Shown: positions 34,601 to 45,185 of the stretch, one piece after another
Numbering within the stretch: position 1 is the stretch's first letter
Layout: every line of letters starts with the position of its first letter
NCBI GenBank assembly: GCA_947463125.1
Contig: CANHQZ010000004.1
Coordinates: forward strand, 22,838-86,837
From: Flavobacteriales bacterium
GTDB lineage: Bacteria > Bacteroidota > Bacteroidia > NS11-12g > UBA955
Length of the DNA stretch: 64,000 nucleotides
Direction: 5' to 3'
Notes under the pieces: model-generated
Databases searched by the model: none
Seen by the model: only the letters and a program-made list of their open reading frames with translations
Told to the model about the DNA's origin: nothing
Translations under genes and position numbers: made by a program

Positions 34601-35188
34601 ATGTCATCTCCATTATCTCTATTGCCTTTCGACGGTGAGGCACTCTTATATGAGAACTGGTGCACACCTGCCGAATCACAAGCATACTTTGATGAATTGC
34701 TTCGGTCATCGGCCTGGCAAAACGACGAAGTGGTGATGTTTGGAAAAAGGCTGACCATGAGCCGCAAAACTGCTTGGTACGGGCTGCAGCCATTTCGGTA
34801 TACCTATTCACACGTAGAAAGAACCGCACTGCCCTTTACGCATGTGCTGGAAGATTTGCGAAGAAAATGCGAAGAAACCACCGGCCATACATTCAACAGC
34901 GCACTCCTCAACCTATATCACCATGGTATGGAAGGCATGGGAAAACACAGCGATGATGAGGACAGTATTGTGCCTAAAAGCGGCATTGCTTCGCTGAGTT
35001 TCGGCGCAGAACGGCCTTTTATGTTCCAGCATAAAAAAACACGAGAAAAGATTAAAATCTCCCTGTCCGATGGCAGCCTGCTGCTGATGAAAGACCTTTG
35101 CCAGCAATGCTGGTGGCACGAGCTTCCCAAAACCAAGAAAGTGAGCGGGCTCAGAATCAATATTACCTTTAGGTTGATGAAAAGCTAA
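34601..35188 (+). CDS. alkB: AlkB-family Fe(II)/2-oxoglutarate dioxygenase
   Basis: NLYHHGMEGMGKHSDDE (HxD), SLSFGAERPFMF, WWHELPK and RINITFR. Confidence 0.85.
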   Translation: MSSPLSLLPFDGEALLYENWCTPAESQAYFDELLRSSAWQNDEVVMFGKRLTMSRKTAWYGLQPFRYTYSHVERTALPFTHVLEDLRRKCEETTGHTFNSALLNLYHHGMEGMGKHSDDEDSIVPKSGIASLSFGAERPFMFQHKKTREKIKISLSDGSLLLMKDLCQQCWWHELPKTKKVSGLRINITFRLMKS

Positions 35189-35276
35189 GCCATTACAATA
35201 ATTGTCAATAAAAAGAGCGCATTCATCCGATTTTTCACCATTGGCATGAAATCTGCTTTTTATTTTGCATAGACTT

Positions 35277-36062
35277 ATGAAAAGCAACCACGAAATTGAT
35301 TACAAGCTGCATGGCGAAGAAATGCAGTGTGTGCAGATTGAACTGGATCCGCAGGAAACCGTAGTGGCCGAAAGCGGCAGTTTTATGTTTATGGACGATG
35401 ATATCCGCATGGAAACCATTTTTGGAGACGGCTCCAACGCGGGCGGCGGATTTATGGGTAAATTATTCAGCGCCGGAAAACGCCTGATTACCGGTGAAAG
35501 CCTCTTTATGACTGCCTTTACCAATGCGGGGCCCAGCCGTCGCACGGTTTCTTTTGCCGCTCCCTATGCAGGTAAAATCATTCCCCTGGATTTATATGAA
35601 CTGGGTGGTAAAATTGTGTGTCAGAAGGATGCTTTTCTCTGCGCTGCCAAAGGGGTGAGCGTAGGCATTGAGTTTCAGCGCAAACTGGGCACCGGATTGT
35701 TTGGTGGAGAAGGTTTCATTATGCAAAAACTGGAAGGCGATGGCCTGGCATTTGTGCATGCCGGCGGCTACATCATGGAACGCACCTTACTGCCGGGAGA
35801 AACCCTTCGCGTAGATACCGGCTGTCTGGTGGCCTACACCAAGGATATCGATTATGATATTGAATTCGTAAAAGGTATCAAAAACGCGGTTTTTGGTGGC
35901 GAAGGACTGTTTTTTGCCAAACTGCAGGGGCCCGGAAAAGTGTGGCTGCAAACCCTTCCCGTAAGCCGCCTGGCCAGCAGAATTCTTTCATACGGAGTTG
36001 GCGGCCGTAAGGAAGAGGGCTCCATCCTGGGTGGATTTGGCAACCTGTTGGATGGTGATTAA
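35277..36062 (+). CDS. TIGR00266/AIM24 (DUF124) family protein
   Basis: [33 protein letters not shown]..., [22 protein letters not shown] and VWLQTLP are typical of the family. Start at the ATG at 35277. Confidence 0.8.
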   Translation: MKSNHEIDYKLHGEEMQCVQIELDPQETVVAESGSFMFMDDDIRMETIFGDGSNAGGGFMGKLFSAGKRLITGESLFMTAFTNAGPSRRTVSFAAPYAGKIIPLDLYELGGKIVCQKDAFLCAAKGVSVGIEFQRKLGTGLFGGEGFIMQKLEGDGLAFVHAGGYIMERTLLPGETLRVDTGCLVAYTKDIDYDIEFVKGIKNAVFGGEGLFFAKLQGPGKVWLQTLPVSRLASRILSYGVGGRKEEGSILGGFGNLLDGD

Positions 36063-36107
36063 AACCAAACAATGCAATTGCGCTGACAACGTTATAAATC
36101 AATTCCT

Positions 36108-36809
36108 ATGAAAAACATCATTCTATCCGCTGCGCTGTTATTTGCAGCCGCATTAACTGCCCAAAATCCCGCCACAGGCGAAGAAAAACCCTACATTGAA
36201 GTGAACGGAAACGGTGAGATGGAGGTAACACCCGACGAAATATTCGTCGCCATCACCATTCTCGAACGGAGTACCAACAAAAAAACCATCAGTGTGGAGG
36301 AGCAGGAGCAGAACCTAAAAAACGCCCTGAAGAATCTAAAGGTAGATCTCAAAAACCTTTCTTTGGCCGGGGCAGATGCCGATCTGGTGAGGATAGAATG
36401 GCGAAAAAAAGGGGTTATCACCCAAAAGCAATATTCGCTGAAACTGGGCAATGCAACCATCCTGGGGCAGGTTTTTACCGAACTGGACAAACTGGAAATT
36501 ACCGATGCCTATGTTTCGCATGTGCAGCATTCAAAAATCGACAGTCTGCGCAAGGTGGTGAAAATTATGGCTATCAAATCTGCCAAAAACAAAGCCGATT
36601 ACCTGCTTGCAGCCATTGGCGAAAAAACTGGGAAGGCGCTCATTGTCAGAGAGAATGATCCATACTATCCACAGCCGGTTTGGACCATGGCGAATGCAAG
36701 GATGGACAAGATGGAAAGTACTTCTTCAAATGAGACCTACACCGATCCCATCGACTTTAAAAAGATTAAAGTAACAAGCAGTATTTATGTGAAGTTTGGA
36801 ATTCAGTAA
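36108..36809 (+). CDS. SIMPL (DUF541) domain periplasmic protein
   Basis: Signal peptide, then YIEVNGNGEMEVTPDEIFVAITI, the characteristic SIMPL N-terminal strand pattern. Confidence 0.75.
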   Translation: MKNIILSAALLFAAALTAQNPATGEEKPYIEVNGNGEMEVTPDEIFVAITILERSTNKKTISVEEQEQNLKNALKNLKVDLKNLSLAGADADLVRIEWRKKGVITQKQYSLKLGNATILGQVFTELDKLEITDAYVSHVQHSKIDSLRKVVKIMAIKSAKNKADYLLAAIGEKTGKALIVRENDPYYPQPVWTMANARMDKMESTSSNETYTDPIDFKKIKVTSSIYVKFGIQ

Positions 36810-36814
36810 GGGTT

Positions 36815-37429
36815 TTATTCCCCTGCTTTTTTCTTCCACTTCACACGGCAGCCTATGGCCTTGGTGAAGCTCACCTCCGGATCTTTGCCGGCCAGCAAGC
36901 TGTTTACGGCATCCTCCACATATTTTTTATCAGCGGCGGCGGCGTCTTCCGAATTGTTGTCAATAGCACCTACGTACTTTACCACAAACTTCTTCTTCTC
37001 CTTCTTCACCACATACACATGCGGTGTGCGCTCGGCTCCCCACTGCGTGGCAATGGCCTGTGATTCGTCGTGCAGATAGGGAAAAGTGAATCCTTTTTCC
37101 TTGGCACGCTTTTGCATTTCAGGATAGCTGTCGTCCGGGTATTGTACGGCATCATTGGGGTTGATGGCCACTACAGGATAGCCCTGCGAAGCATATATAT
37201 TGTGCAGGGCGATGATGCGGTCTTCATATGCCACAGAATACGGGCAGTGGTTGCACGTGAAAATTACAATGTAGCCTTTGGCTGATTTGTTGGTAGACAG
37301 GCCCATTTTCTTGCCATCCACATTGGGGAGTTTAAAATCCTGAACCACATCTCCGGGTTTATAGCCGGTGCGGGCAGTGGTAAATGCCATGGCTGCAACC
37401 ACAGCGACTGAGAAAAGTATATTTTTCAT
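36815..37429 (-). CDS. Exported thioredoxin-fold protein (redoxin/AhpC-TSA-like)
   Basis: Signal peptide, FTCNHCPY active-site CxxC and ERTPHVYVV. Confidence 0.8.
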   Translation of the reverse strand: MKNILFSVAVVAAMAFTTARTGYKPGDVVQDFKLPNVDGKKMGLSTNKSAKGYIVIFTCNHCPYSVAYEDRIIALHNIYASQGYPVVAINPNDAVQYPDDSYPEMQKRAKEKGFTFPYLHDESQAIATQWGAERTPHVYVVKKEKKKFVVKYVGAIDNNSEDAAAADKKYVEDAVNSLLAGKDPEVSFTKAIGCRVKWKKKAGE

Positions 37430-37433
37430 GGGT

Positions 37434-37916
37434 TTATTCTTTGCGGTTTAAATATGTTTCAATAAAACGTTTTAGATCGGTAAATTGTTCAAAGGCTTCC
37501 TGCCTGACTACCCTGTATTGTTCATGGGCTATCCACGTGGTGGGCAGGGCTCCGCCCCAGGAAGAGTCTACGGCATCAATAAGATTACCTATATCGGAGG
37601 ACCTGATCAGCAGGTGTTCTCCGGGTATTTTGTACTCGGCAATTTTCTGCATTACCCGGGCCGTATCCTTTACCCTGTCAAACGATACAAATACAAAATC
37701 TATCTGATGGCCAAAAACGCTGTCTGCTTTCACAAAATGCGGCATCTCTTCCATACAGGGTTTGCACCAGGTAGCCCAAAAATTAATGATTCGCGGTTTT
37801 TCTCCTTCATTGAAGCATTTCAGCAATGCGGCGTCATTGACCAAACGAACCTCCTGGGCCTGTAAGGACAAGCACAACAGAAGTGCCGTAATCCAAATTA
37901 CACTAAGCTTCTTCAT
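37434..37916 (-). CDS. TlpA-family thiol:disulfide oxidoreductase
   Basis: Signal peptide MKKLSVIWITALLLCLSLQAQ and the WATWCKPC active site. The start overlaps the end of the upstream CNNM gene by 14 nt. Confidence 0.8.
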   Translation of the reverse strand: MKKLSVIWITALLLCLSLQAQEVRLVNDAALLKCFNEGEKPRIINFWATWCKPCMEEMPHFVKADSVFGHQIDFVFVSFDRVKDTARVMQKIAEYKIPGEHLLIRSSDIGNLIDAVDSSWGGALPTTWIAHEQYRVVRQEAFEQFTDLKRFIETYLNRKE

Positions 37917-39210
37917 TGCGAATAAACAACTCTACTTCCTCTATTCTTGCACCCTTGGCTTTTGTAACAATAAACTCGTAGGAACCTTCGCGTATGCTCT
38001 CCCGCACCCTGGGTATTTTTCCGCAGATGGAAATCACAAAGCCGCCTAGGGTATGGTAATCTCCCTCAGGAAGTGCCAGGTTGTACTTCTCATTCAGGTA
38101 CTCAATTTCGTGGCGGGTAGAAAAAAGGTAATGTCCTTTGTCAATATGAGTTTCCGTAAGTTGCTCCGTGTCAAATTCGTCATCTATTTCACCGAAAATC
38201 TCTTCTATCACGTCCTCAATCACCACCAGACCCGCCGTGCCGCCAAATTCATCCACCACCACCGCCACACTTCGGCGCTTCTGAATAAAGTCGCGCAGCA
38301 AATCATGCGCCTGCATGCTTTCATTCACAATCAAAACCGGCTTTAAAACATCCTGAATTCTTGCCGGTTTACCAAACATTTCGCTCTGGTGAACAAAGCC
38401 AATTATATGATCTATATTTTCTCTATATATCAATATTTTAGACAAAGCTGTTTCAATAAACAGTTTATGCAATTCATCTACCGGTTCCTCAATATCCACA
38501 GCGATGAGCTCCGTTCTGGGAACCATAAAATCCCTGATCCGCACATCGCTGAACTCCAGCGCATTTCTGAAAACTTCCGTGTCTATGTCTGTGGTTTCTG
38601 CCTGTCCGGTGTTTTCGAGTGAAACTATATAGTTATCCAAATCTACTTTGCTGAATACGACGGTATTTTCTCCCACCCGGGTTTGGGTAAACAACCGCAG
38701 CAAAACAGCGCTGCTTTTTTTGGAAAAGAAAATGATGGGCCACAGCAATATGTGCACGAAGCGGAACGGCAGCGCAAGTGAAAACAGCACCGTATCGGGA
38801 TTGATACGAAACAGGCTTTTGGGTAAATATTCAGCCGTAACCAACACAAGAATGGTGCTGAGTATGGTTATCAGTGAAAACTTGAGAAAATGGTTTGGGA
38901 TGTATGGCCCCAAACCGGCGTCGAGTATCTCGCCCATATAGATACCATAAATTACCAGGGCCAGATTGTTGGCCACCAGTACGGTACTGATAAAGTCTGA
39001 CGGAGTTTTGAGGTAACGGCTGAGAACCTTTGCGGTGAAACTCCCCTGTTTGCTTCGAAGCTCTATGCGCAGCTTGTTGGCCGATAAAAAGGCTATTTCC
39101 ATTCCGGCAAAAAATCCGCAGGTAACAAGGCAGGCAACCACTACAACCCAATTGCCCGACATATCTGCGGACAGGGTTGATAAAAGCGGCGTGACGACAG
39201 GGTCGGGCAT
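37903..39210 (-). CDS. CNNM/TlyC-type hemolysin family protein (DUF21 - CBS pair - CorC_HlyC); possibly GldE-like
   Basis: FFAGMEIAFLSANKLRIE (DUF21), a CBS pair (VRIRDFMVPRTE...ILIYREN) and C-terminal GDYHTLGGFV. Start set at the ATG at 39210. The track extension to 39531 overlaps the divergent gene. Confidence 0.85.
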   Translation of the reverse strand: MPDPVVTPLLSTLSADMSGNWVVVVACLVTCGFFAGMEIAFLSANKLRIELRSKQGSFTAKVLSRYLKTPSDFISTVLVANNLALVIYGIYMGEILDAGLGPYIPNHFLKFSLITILSTILVLVTAEYLPKSLFRINPDTVLFSLALPFRFVHILLWPIIFFSKKSSAVLLRLFTQTRVGENTVVFSKVDLDNYIVSLENTGQAETTDIDTEVFRNALEFSDVRIRDFMVPRTELIAVDIEEPVDELHKLFIETALSKILIYRENIDHIIGFVHQSEMFGKPARIQDVLKPVLIVNESMQAHDLLRDFIQKRRSVAVVVDEFGGTAGLVVIEDVIEEIFGEIDDEFDTEQLTETHIDKGHYLFSTRHEIEYLNEKYNLALPEGDYHTLGGFVISICGKIPRVRESIREGSYEFIVTKAKGARIEEVELFIRNEEA

Positions 39211-39280
39211 TCCAATACGAAGATAGCAAAAAGATTTCGCATTCGGCAGATTGTGTGCGTTTAACCCTATTTTCGCAACC

Positions 39281-40396
39281 ATGAAACGGGTATTGCCTTG
39301 TATGCTTGCCATGGCTTTTACGGCTTTGAAGGCGCAGCTTCCCAACACCGTTTTCAACCAACAACCGGCTCCGCCCCGCAAATCCATTGGTCTGCAGGCC
39401 GATGTGTTTCCGTTTCTCAAAAACAACGAATATTTCAATGCGATCAATCCGGGAGAAACCTTTTTTAGTTTCAGAACCTCAGTGGCAGGGGTTTTTAACT
39501 TGCAGCCCGGTGGCAAAGCCAGGCTCACCACGGGTGTGATGTTTCAGGAAAATTATGGCGATGCCAAAACGTGGATAAAGCCTGTTTTTTCGCTGTCGCT
39601 CACTTCCTACAAAGAATGGAACTATGTGTTTGGTGCCCTGGTTTCGGGTACAAGGCACGGAATGATTGAACCCTTGTATAACTACGAGCAGGTGCTCACC
39701 CAACCCCTGGAATACGGCATACAGGTGCGCAGGGACAACAGCAAGCTGTTTTATGACGGCTGGCTGGAATGGAGACAGCGTTTCAATGCCGGCAGCGGCA
39801 TACGCGAAATGCTGGTGGCGGGGCAACACCTGCAGCCGCGTTTTGCCGTGGGTAAAAGCACCACATTATCACTCCCGCTGCAAATGGTGCTGGTGCATCA
39901 GGGCGGACAATCTGTAAGCAATCCGCTGCCCATCAGCACGCGCATTGCAGCTACGGCAGGTTTGCGGCTTGCAGGCAAAGACACCAGCTGGGTAATGGAA
40001 GGTTACGCGCTGCAAAGCCTCGACAATTCTCCCAATCCGCAGCAACCCTGGAAAAACGGATATGCCTTTATGGCCAATATCCAAAAACGATTTGGCCGGT
40101 ATCACCGGGTTGCCGCTACCTGGTGGTTTGCCCGCGAATTTGTTTCCACATTGGGAAATCCGGTTTTTTCCAATGTAAACCTGGAATATCCCTATGCAAA
40201 TGCACACACGAGACGCATTGCCATGCTGCGCTATGTGTATTCACGTCCCATACTGGGCAATAATATCTGGATAGATGCCCGTTTTGAGCCACATTACGAT
40301 TTTGAGCGGGCCGGTGTGGAATTTTCGCACGGTCTCTACCTGCGCTACATTCGCAGCGGCAGTTTTAACATACCCCGCATTCCCGGATTTTTCTGA
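39281..40396 (+). CDS. Hypothetical outer-membrane protein (putative beta-barrel)
   Basis: Signal peptide MKRVLPCMLAMAFTALKAQ, alternating hydrophobic pattern and a C-terminal ...IPRIPGFF beta-signal-like end. No family recognised. Confidence 0.5.
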   Translation: MKRVLPCMLAMAFTALKAQLPNTVFNQQPAPPRKSIGLQADVFPFLKNNEYFNAINPGETFFSFRTSVAGVFNLQPGGKARLTTGVMFQENYGDAKTWIKPVFSLSLTSYKEWNYVFGALVSGTRHGMIEPLYNYEQVLTQPLEYGIQVRRDNSKLFYDGWLEWRQRFNAGSGIREMLVAGQHLQPRFAVGKSTTLSLPLQMVLVHQGGQSVSNPLPISTRIAATAGLRLAGKDTSWVMEGYALQSLDNSPNPQQPWKNGYAFMANIQKRFGRYHRVAATWWFAREFVSTLGNPVFSNVNLEYPYANAHTRRIAMLRYVYSRPILGNNIWIDARFEPHYDFERAGVEFSHGLYLRYIRSGSFNIPRIPGFF

Positions 40397-41521
40397 TTAG
40401 GGCTTGAAGCCCCGGAACGCCCACCTGAAGCCTTCTTTAAAGCCGGGTTTCACGGTCGTTTTTGTATGAATGCGGTAAGACACACCCCATTCCAGGTAAT
40501 CGGCCATGCTGAGATGGGTGCGCATGCGTACCATCGCCGTGAGAGAGGAAGATGCATAATACTTCACGCCCAAAGCCTGGTAATATTTGCGTTTGGTATC
40601 GTCGGGGCGAAAGAGATATAAGCCCACATCTGCCACCATGCCTACCCTGCCCACGCGGTATTCATGACCGCCGCTGATGGCCAGTTCAGATATTTTATCC
40701 AAAGAGGCTGCAGGCAGAGGCTGGAACTTGGTGTACACATAGGTACGGTCGTAAAACCCTGTGATGGCTGCTGTCCAGAAACGCCAAGGCTTGTGGGGAT
40801 ATAAGAGCTTCAGTTCCGCCACATAATTAAAAATATTGCGGGGATCGTCCATGCTCATTTGTTTCTTACCGAAACGCAAAGAGGGTTGCCATTCCACGGT
40901 ATTGGGGTTTTCTGGGTAGCGGGGCTGATAATATTTGTCGTTTCCGTCAAACTGCTTCAAGCCCAAAAACAGACATGGCATATTAATACCCAAGTTGGGT
41001 TGTCCAAAGTTGCCATTGGAATAGTGAATCAGCGATAGGCCCAGCTGTATTTGTTTACGGTCCGAAACGGGCGTCTGCACATACATTGCGGCCTGCATCA
41101 TACCATTGAACCGGCTGCCGATGGCACGGTTTCTGGGATTGGTGTATACATCCCACTGTCGAGAAAGCAAACCAATTCCTGTGGTAAGCCTGAAACGGAG
41201 GCTTGTTTTTTCATTGCCGCTGATGCCGGCATCATAGTAGCCAAACAGTGAGCTCACATTGCCGTTGATGTTATTAAAAAGCCGAATGTGGTTGGCTCCA
41301 ATTCCGGCAAAGGGCTGCAGCTGGTTTTTGGCCAGTTCGCCATCCTTGTCAATTCTCCATTCCCGAGCAGCCTCCAGGCCCAGTGCGTGGCTACCCATAG
41401 CCTGCATGTCCTCATGGTGCGCGGCAAGAAACCCGGGATAGGCCCGAAACGACCAGGCATGCTGTGCATGTGAATAACTTGAAATTAAAAGTAAACTTAG
41501 GATAATTGCGGTTTTGCGCAT
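40397..41521 (-). CDS. Acyloxyacyl hydrolase / PagL-like lipid A deacylase family protein
   Basis: Signal peptide and the LSLIHYSNGNFGQPN motif (H-x-S-N-G) characteristic of PagL-type barrels. Its stop abuts the stop of the convergent gene. Confidence 0.65.
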   Translation of the reverse strand: MRKTAIILSLLLISSYSHAQHAWSFRAYPGFLAAHHEDMQAMGSHALGLEAAREWRIDKDGELAKNQLQPFAGIGANHIRLFNNINGNVSSLFGYYDAGISGNEKTSLRFRLTTGIGLLSRQWDVYTNPRNRAIGSRFNGMMQAAMYVQTPVSDRKQIQLGLSLIHYSNGNFGQPNLGINMPCLFLGLKQFDGNDKYYQPRYPENPNTVEWQPSLRFGKKQMSMDDPRNIFNYVAELKLLYPHKPWRFWTAAITGFYDRTYVYTKFQPLPAASLDKISELAISGGHEYRVGRVGMVADVGLYLFRPDDTKRKYYQALGVKYYASSSLTAMVRMRTHLSMADYLEWGVSYRIHTKTTVKPGFKEGFRWAFRGFKP

Positions 41522-41533
41522 ACCGCCCGGTGT

Positions 41534-41974
41534 TTATTTTTCGTTTTTCTCGGTGGCCAGCACCATTTTAATACCCAGGTTGGCACCCACCTGCATTACA
41601 TCCACCAAATCCTGCACATAGGCCTTTGCATCGGCGCGAAGCACCACCACCAGACCGGCATCTTTACTCTTGGGGTCCTGATACTGATCGCGAAGTGCTT
41701 TCAACTTGCTTTCCAGCTCTTCGTAGCTTACCTCCTGCTGCTCGATAAACACCTGCAATGCATCGGGATTGGCGGGGTCTCGCCTCACCGTGAGGGGAAT
41801 AGATTTGGGGCTAACCGTACTGGTGGTTTTGGCCTGAGGCAGCATCACCTTAATCACGTTGGGGTTGGCAAGGGTGCTGGCAATGAGGAAGAACAGCAAC
41901 AGGAAGAACATGATATCGTTCAGCGACGATGATTCTACCTCTGCTTCTTCGCGTTTGCGTCTTCCTATTTTCAT
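41534..41974 (-). CDS. exbD: Biopolymer transport protein ExbD/TolR
   Basis: 146 aa: SLNDIMFFLLLFFLI TM anchor plus a periplasmic domain, immediately downstream of an ExbB-type gene. Confidence 0.85.
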   Translation of the reverse strand: MKIGRRKREEAEVESSSLNDIMFFLLLFFLIASTLANPNVIKVMLPQAKTTSTVSPKSIPLTVRRDPANPDALQVFIEQQEVSYEELESKLKALRDQYQDPKSKDAGLVVVLRADAKAYVQDLVDVMQVGANLGIKMVLATEKNEK

Positions 41975-41997
41975 GGTGTTGTGGCTAAAACCGTTAA

Positions 41998-42693
41998 TTA
42001 AAAGTTGGACTTGTTCAGCAGTTCCAGGAAGGCAAGGTTTTGTTCCTGCAGGCGTTCAGCAAAGCGGTCAATTTTACGGATGTACATCTGGTAGCCAAAA
42101 AAGGCAATAATACCCACCAGCAGACCTGCAAAGCTGGTCACCATTTTCACGTATAACCCGCCGGAAATAGCGCCAATGCTGAGATTGTTGTCTACACTGA
42201 TGGCATAAAAGATATTGATTACCCCCCAGATTGTTCCTACGAAACCAATCATGGGTGCCAGGCGGCTGATCAGGCTGAGCATGTTGAGATTGCTTTCCAT
42301 GGCGCTGAGTTCCACATTGGCACGGGTTTCCATGGCGCTTTCAATTTCACGCATGTTGCTGCCCAAAAAGCGGAGTCCTGTTGCAATAACCTGGGCCTGG
42401 GCCGTGGGGGTGTTGGTGCAGTAAGCCAGAGCACTGTCAGGGCGGTTTTCCTTCAGGTGGTCTTTTACCACGTTCATGAGGTTAAAGTCTACCTTGGCGC
42501 GGCCACTGATATACATGTAACGCTCTATGAGGAAGAAAATTGTCGCCAGCAGGGCAATGGCCAAAAATATCATGGTTACGCCGCCTTTGACCATAATTTC
42601 CAGAATAGGCGCGGAAACATGTTCGGCGTTTTTCGCAGCGGCGGCTACTGCCTGTGCAGTGTCGGTTTGAAGTAGGGTGATGAGCAAATGCAT
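41998..42693 (-). CDS. exbB: MotA/TolQ/ExbB proton channel protein
   Basis: Three TM helices with the conserved LSLISRLAPMIGFVGTIWGVI segment. Confidence 0.85.
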   Translation of the reverse strand: MHLLITLLQTDTAQAVAAAAKNAEHVSAPILEIMVKGGVTMIFLAIALLATIFFLIERYMYISGRAKVDFNLMNVVKDHLKENRPDSALAYCTNTPTAQAQVIATGLRFLGSNMREIESAMETRANVELSAMESNLNMLSLISRLAPMIGFVGTIWGVINIFYAISVDNNLSIGAISGGLYVKMVTSFAGLLVGIIAFFGYQMYIRKIDRFAERLQEQNLAFLELLNKSNF

Positions 42694-42789
42694 GATTTAG
42701 GTTATGCGAAAAAAAGCAATATTTATGGTTTAACGATTATGCGGGCCGGAAAATTATCCCCAGTGTTTTATTTTTCGGTCGCAGCTGTA

Positions 42790-43413
42790 TCAATCCATGT
42801 TGTCCAGCTCGGCCACGCCCCCGCTGATGATGTATTTGGTCCAGTGGCTGCTTTCTGCATTCACGGGTTTGATTTTGCTTTTCTCCACCAGCAGCATTTC
42901 GCCGCTAAAACCGTAGCTGTAGGGTAAATACACGGCACTGTGGCCCGGCATGTCGATAATCTTCATGTCTTCCTGGGTGATAAATCCCATGCGGTAAATG
43001 CCCTCTCCCACGCATACCGCCACTGGCTTCGTAAACTTTTTCTTGTCGCCCACAAAGGCTTCCGTCATGTCTTTGGTGGTACCAAAAATAAAGTTGAGAC
43101 CGGGGGCTTTTTCGATAATTCCCTCGAAAAAATCCAGAATCTGCCTCGCCACCACACCGCGGGTAATAAAACCTACGGTTAGAATGATGGTGACCACCAG
43201 CAAGGTATAAAAGAAAAATTCTTTACCGCTGATTTCGCGCAGGTGCAACAGACCTGTGACCATATTCACGAGCCAGCCGATGATAACCACCGTAAGCACT
43301 ATGGGCAGCAAAACGAGCAAACCACGCAGAAAATAATTGATGAGCATGCGCCAGGTACTGCGCGCTTTTCGCTGGTTATCACTCATGGAAAAACGGGTGT
43401 CTGTGTTGTTCAT
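42790..43413 (-). CDS. DUF502 family membrane protein
   Basis: N-terminal LINYFLRGLLVLLPIVLTVVIIGWL and a second TM helix, the typical DUF502 layout. The start overlaps the purD stop (ATGA). Confidence 0.75.
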   Translation of the reverse strand: MNNTDTRFSMSDNQRKARSTWRMLINYFLRGLLVLLPIVLTVVIIGWLVNMVTGLLHLREISGKEFFFYTLLVVTIILTVGFITRGVVARQILDFFEGIIEKAPGLNFIFGTTKDMTEAFVGDKKKFTKPVAVCVGEGIYRMGFITQEDMKIIDMPGHSAVYLPYSYGFSGEMLLVEKSKIKPVNAESSHWTKYIISGGVAELDNMD

Positions 43414-44684
43414 GATTGCAGGGCTTGTAAATCTTTTCCTATGTCTTTTCGGTAAAACTTGCCTTCATACTGCACTGTTTCGGCGGCGTGCAGGGAAATC
43501 TCCGCGGCCATGGCAATGTTCTCAGCAAGGGAAGTTATGGCCAGCACGCGTCCGCCATTGGTTACCACGCCGTTATCGGTCCGTTTGGTTCCGGCATGAA
43601 AAAACAGGGTTTGGGCACCAGGAGCGGGGATCTGCATGGGTTTTCCTTTCTCAATGTCGCCGGGGTAGCCGGCTGATACCAGAAAAACGGTGGCTGCGGT
43701 GCGCGCATCCATTTCAAACGGAAGTTTATCGAGCCCGCCGTGGGCAATGGCCACCGCCAGGTCTTTCATATTTACCCGCAGTCGCGGAAATATGGCTTCG
43801 GTTTCCGGGTCGCCCATGCGCACGTTGTACTCTATCACTTTGGGCTCACCTTTGCAGTTCATCAGTCCCATAAACAGAAATCCTTTGAACGGATGACCTT
43901 CTTTTTTGAGGCCTTCAAACGTAGGAATGGCAATGTGGTCGGCTACTTTTTGCATAAAGGTTTCATCGGCAAACGGAACGGGGCTGATGGCTCCCATGCC
44001 GCCGGTGTTTGGGCCGGTATCCCCTTCGCCAATGCGCTTGTAGTCTTTGGCACTGCCCAGCATGCGCCAGGTTTCGCCGTCACTCACTGCAAAACAGCTG
44101 ATTTCGATGCCGTGCAGAAACTCTTCAATCACCACGGTATTTCCGGCGCTGCCGAAACGCGCATTCGTGATCATATCATTCAGCACGGCTTCGGCTTCGG
44201 CAATGTCCTCGGTAATGATTACGCCTTTTCCGGCTGCCAGGCCATCGGCTTTGAGTACATAGGGAGGTGCAAGGGTGGCCAGAAAGGCTTTTCCTTCGTG
44301 CAGATTTTCGGCTGTGAAACTCTTGTATGCTGCCGTGGGGATGTTGTGGCGCATCATGAACGCCTTGGCAAAATCCTTGCTGCCCTCCAGGGTGGCTGCG
44401 TATTGGTCGGGTCCGGCCACGGCAATGCCATGGGGTTTCATAAAATCAACAATGCCGGCCACCAGCGGATCTTCGTTTCCGGGCAGGATGAGGGAAATGC
44501 TTTTATCGCGGCAAAAAGTAAGCACAGCCTCAAAATCAAGCGGATTGAGGCTCACGTTTTCGCCACACTGCGCAGTGCCTGCATTGCCGGGTGCGATGTA
44601 CAGCTTACCGGGGTTACCGGACTGAGACAGTTTCCACGCAAAAGCATGTTCGCGGCCTCCGGAGCCCAGCAAAAGGATATTCAT
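43410..44684 (-). CDS. purD: Phosphoribosylamine--glycine ligase
   Basis: MNILLLGSGGREHAFAWKL, ADGLAAGKGV, IEEFL.G.E.S and GPNTGGMGA. 424 aa. Confidence 0.95.
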   Translation of the reverse strand: MNILLLGSGGREHAFAWKLSQSGNPGKLYIAPGNAGTAQCGENVSLNPLDFEAVLTFCRDKSISLILPGNEDPLVAGIVDFMKPHGIAVAGPDQYAATLEGSKDFAKAFMMRHNIPTAAYKSFTAENLHEGKAFLATLAPPYVLKADGLAAGKGVIITEDIAEAEAVLNDMITNARFGSAGNTVVIEEFLHGIEISCFAVSDGETWRMLGSAKDYKRIGEGDTGPNTGGMGAISPVPFADETFMQKVADHIAIPTFEGLKKEGHPFKGFLFMGLMNCKGEPKVIEYNVRMGDPETEAIFPRLRVNMKDLAVAIAHGGLDKLPFEMDARTAATVFLVSAGYPGDIEKGKPMQIPAPGAQTLFFHAGTKRTDNGVVTNGGRVLAITSLAENIAMAAEISLHAAETVQYEGKFYRKDIGKDLQALQS

Positions 44685-44871
44685 GCTGCGAATTTACGCG
44701 GGGAAAAGCGATGTATGGGTGATAATTTATTCAATTATTCATGCGTCCGGTTTGGATTAAATCCCCTCAAAAAGGCAATAGTACTATGATTAAATCAAGG
44801 TTGTTGCATTGCTTTACTCAGCCAAAACACCACGCATGAAAATCAAATTGCAATGAAGAAAGACAGGCACC

Positions 44872-45141
44872 ATGACAAAAACATATAAATTCTGCCAAAG
44901 CTGCGGCTATCCGATGGCCAAGGACAAAAAAGGTGGTGGCACGGAAAAAGACGGATCAAAAAGCGCAAAATATTGTTCCATGTGTTATGAAAACGGCCGT
45001 TTTTTAACTCCACCGGAAGTGAATAACGCTGAAAAAATGCAGCACTTCTGCATACAGCAAATGCGCAAAAGCGGCATGAATGGTTTTGTTGCCTGGCTTG
45101 CCACGCGGGGCATTCCAAGGCTGGAGCGGTGGAAGAAGTGA
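44872..45141 (+). CDS. Small zinc-ribbon domain protein
   Basis: CQSCGYPM...YCSMCYENG (two CxxC pairs). 89 aa. Confidence 0.7.
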   Translation: MTKTYKFCQSCGYPMAKDKKGGGTEKDGSKSAKYCSMCYENGRFLTPPEVNNAEKMQHFCIQQMRKSGMNGFVAWLATRGIPRLERWKK

Positions 45142-45185
45142 GCGAAAAACTGCGCTTTAAATTGAATGGCTGATGCCTAAAACCT

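Noticed and set aside
39211-39531. A 107-codon N-terminal extension of the CNNM gene in the track.
   Set aside because: The extension overlaps the divergent gene 39281-40396 and has no TM or DUF21 features. The ATG at 39210 gives the usual ~435-aa protein, starting just before the first TM helix.
43740-44789. A 349-aa plus-strand ORF across purD.
   Set aside because: It is codon-aligned antisense to a textbook purD, has no motifs, and follows the same shadow mechanism.
44685-44871. A 187-bp gap upstream of purD and the zinc-ribbon gene, scanned for a riboswitch or small RNA.
   Set aside because: I could not recognise any known riboswitch core or convincing stem-loop set by eye. A covariance-model scan (Rfam/Infernal) would be needed to rule one out.
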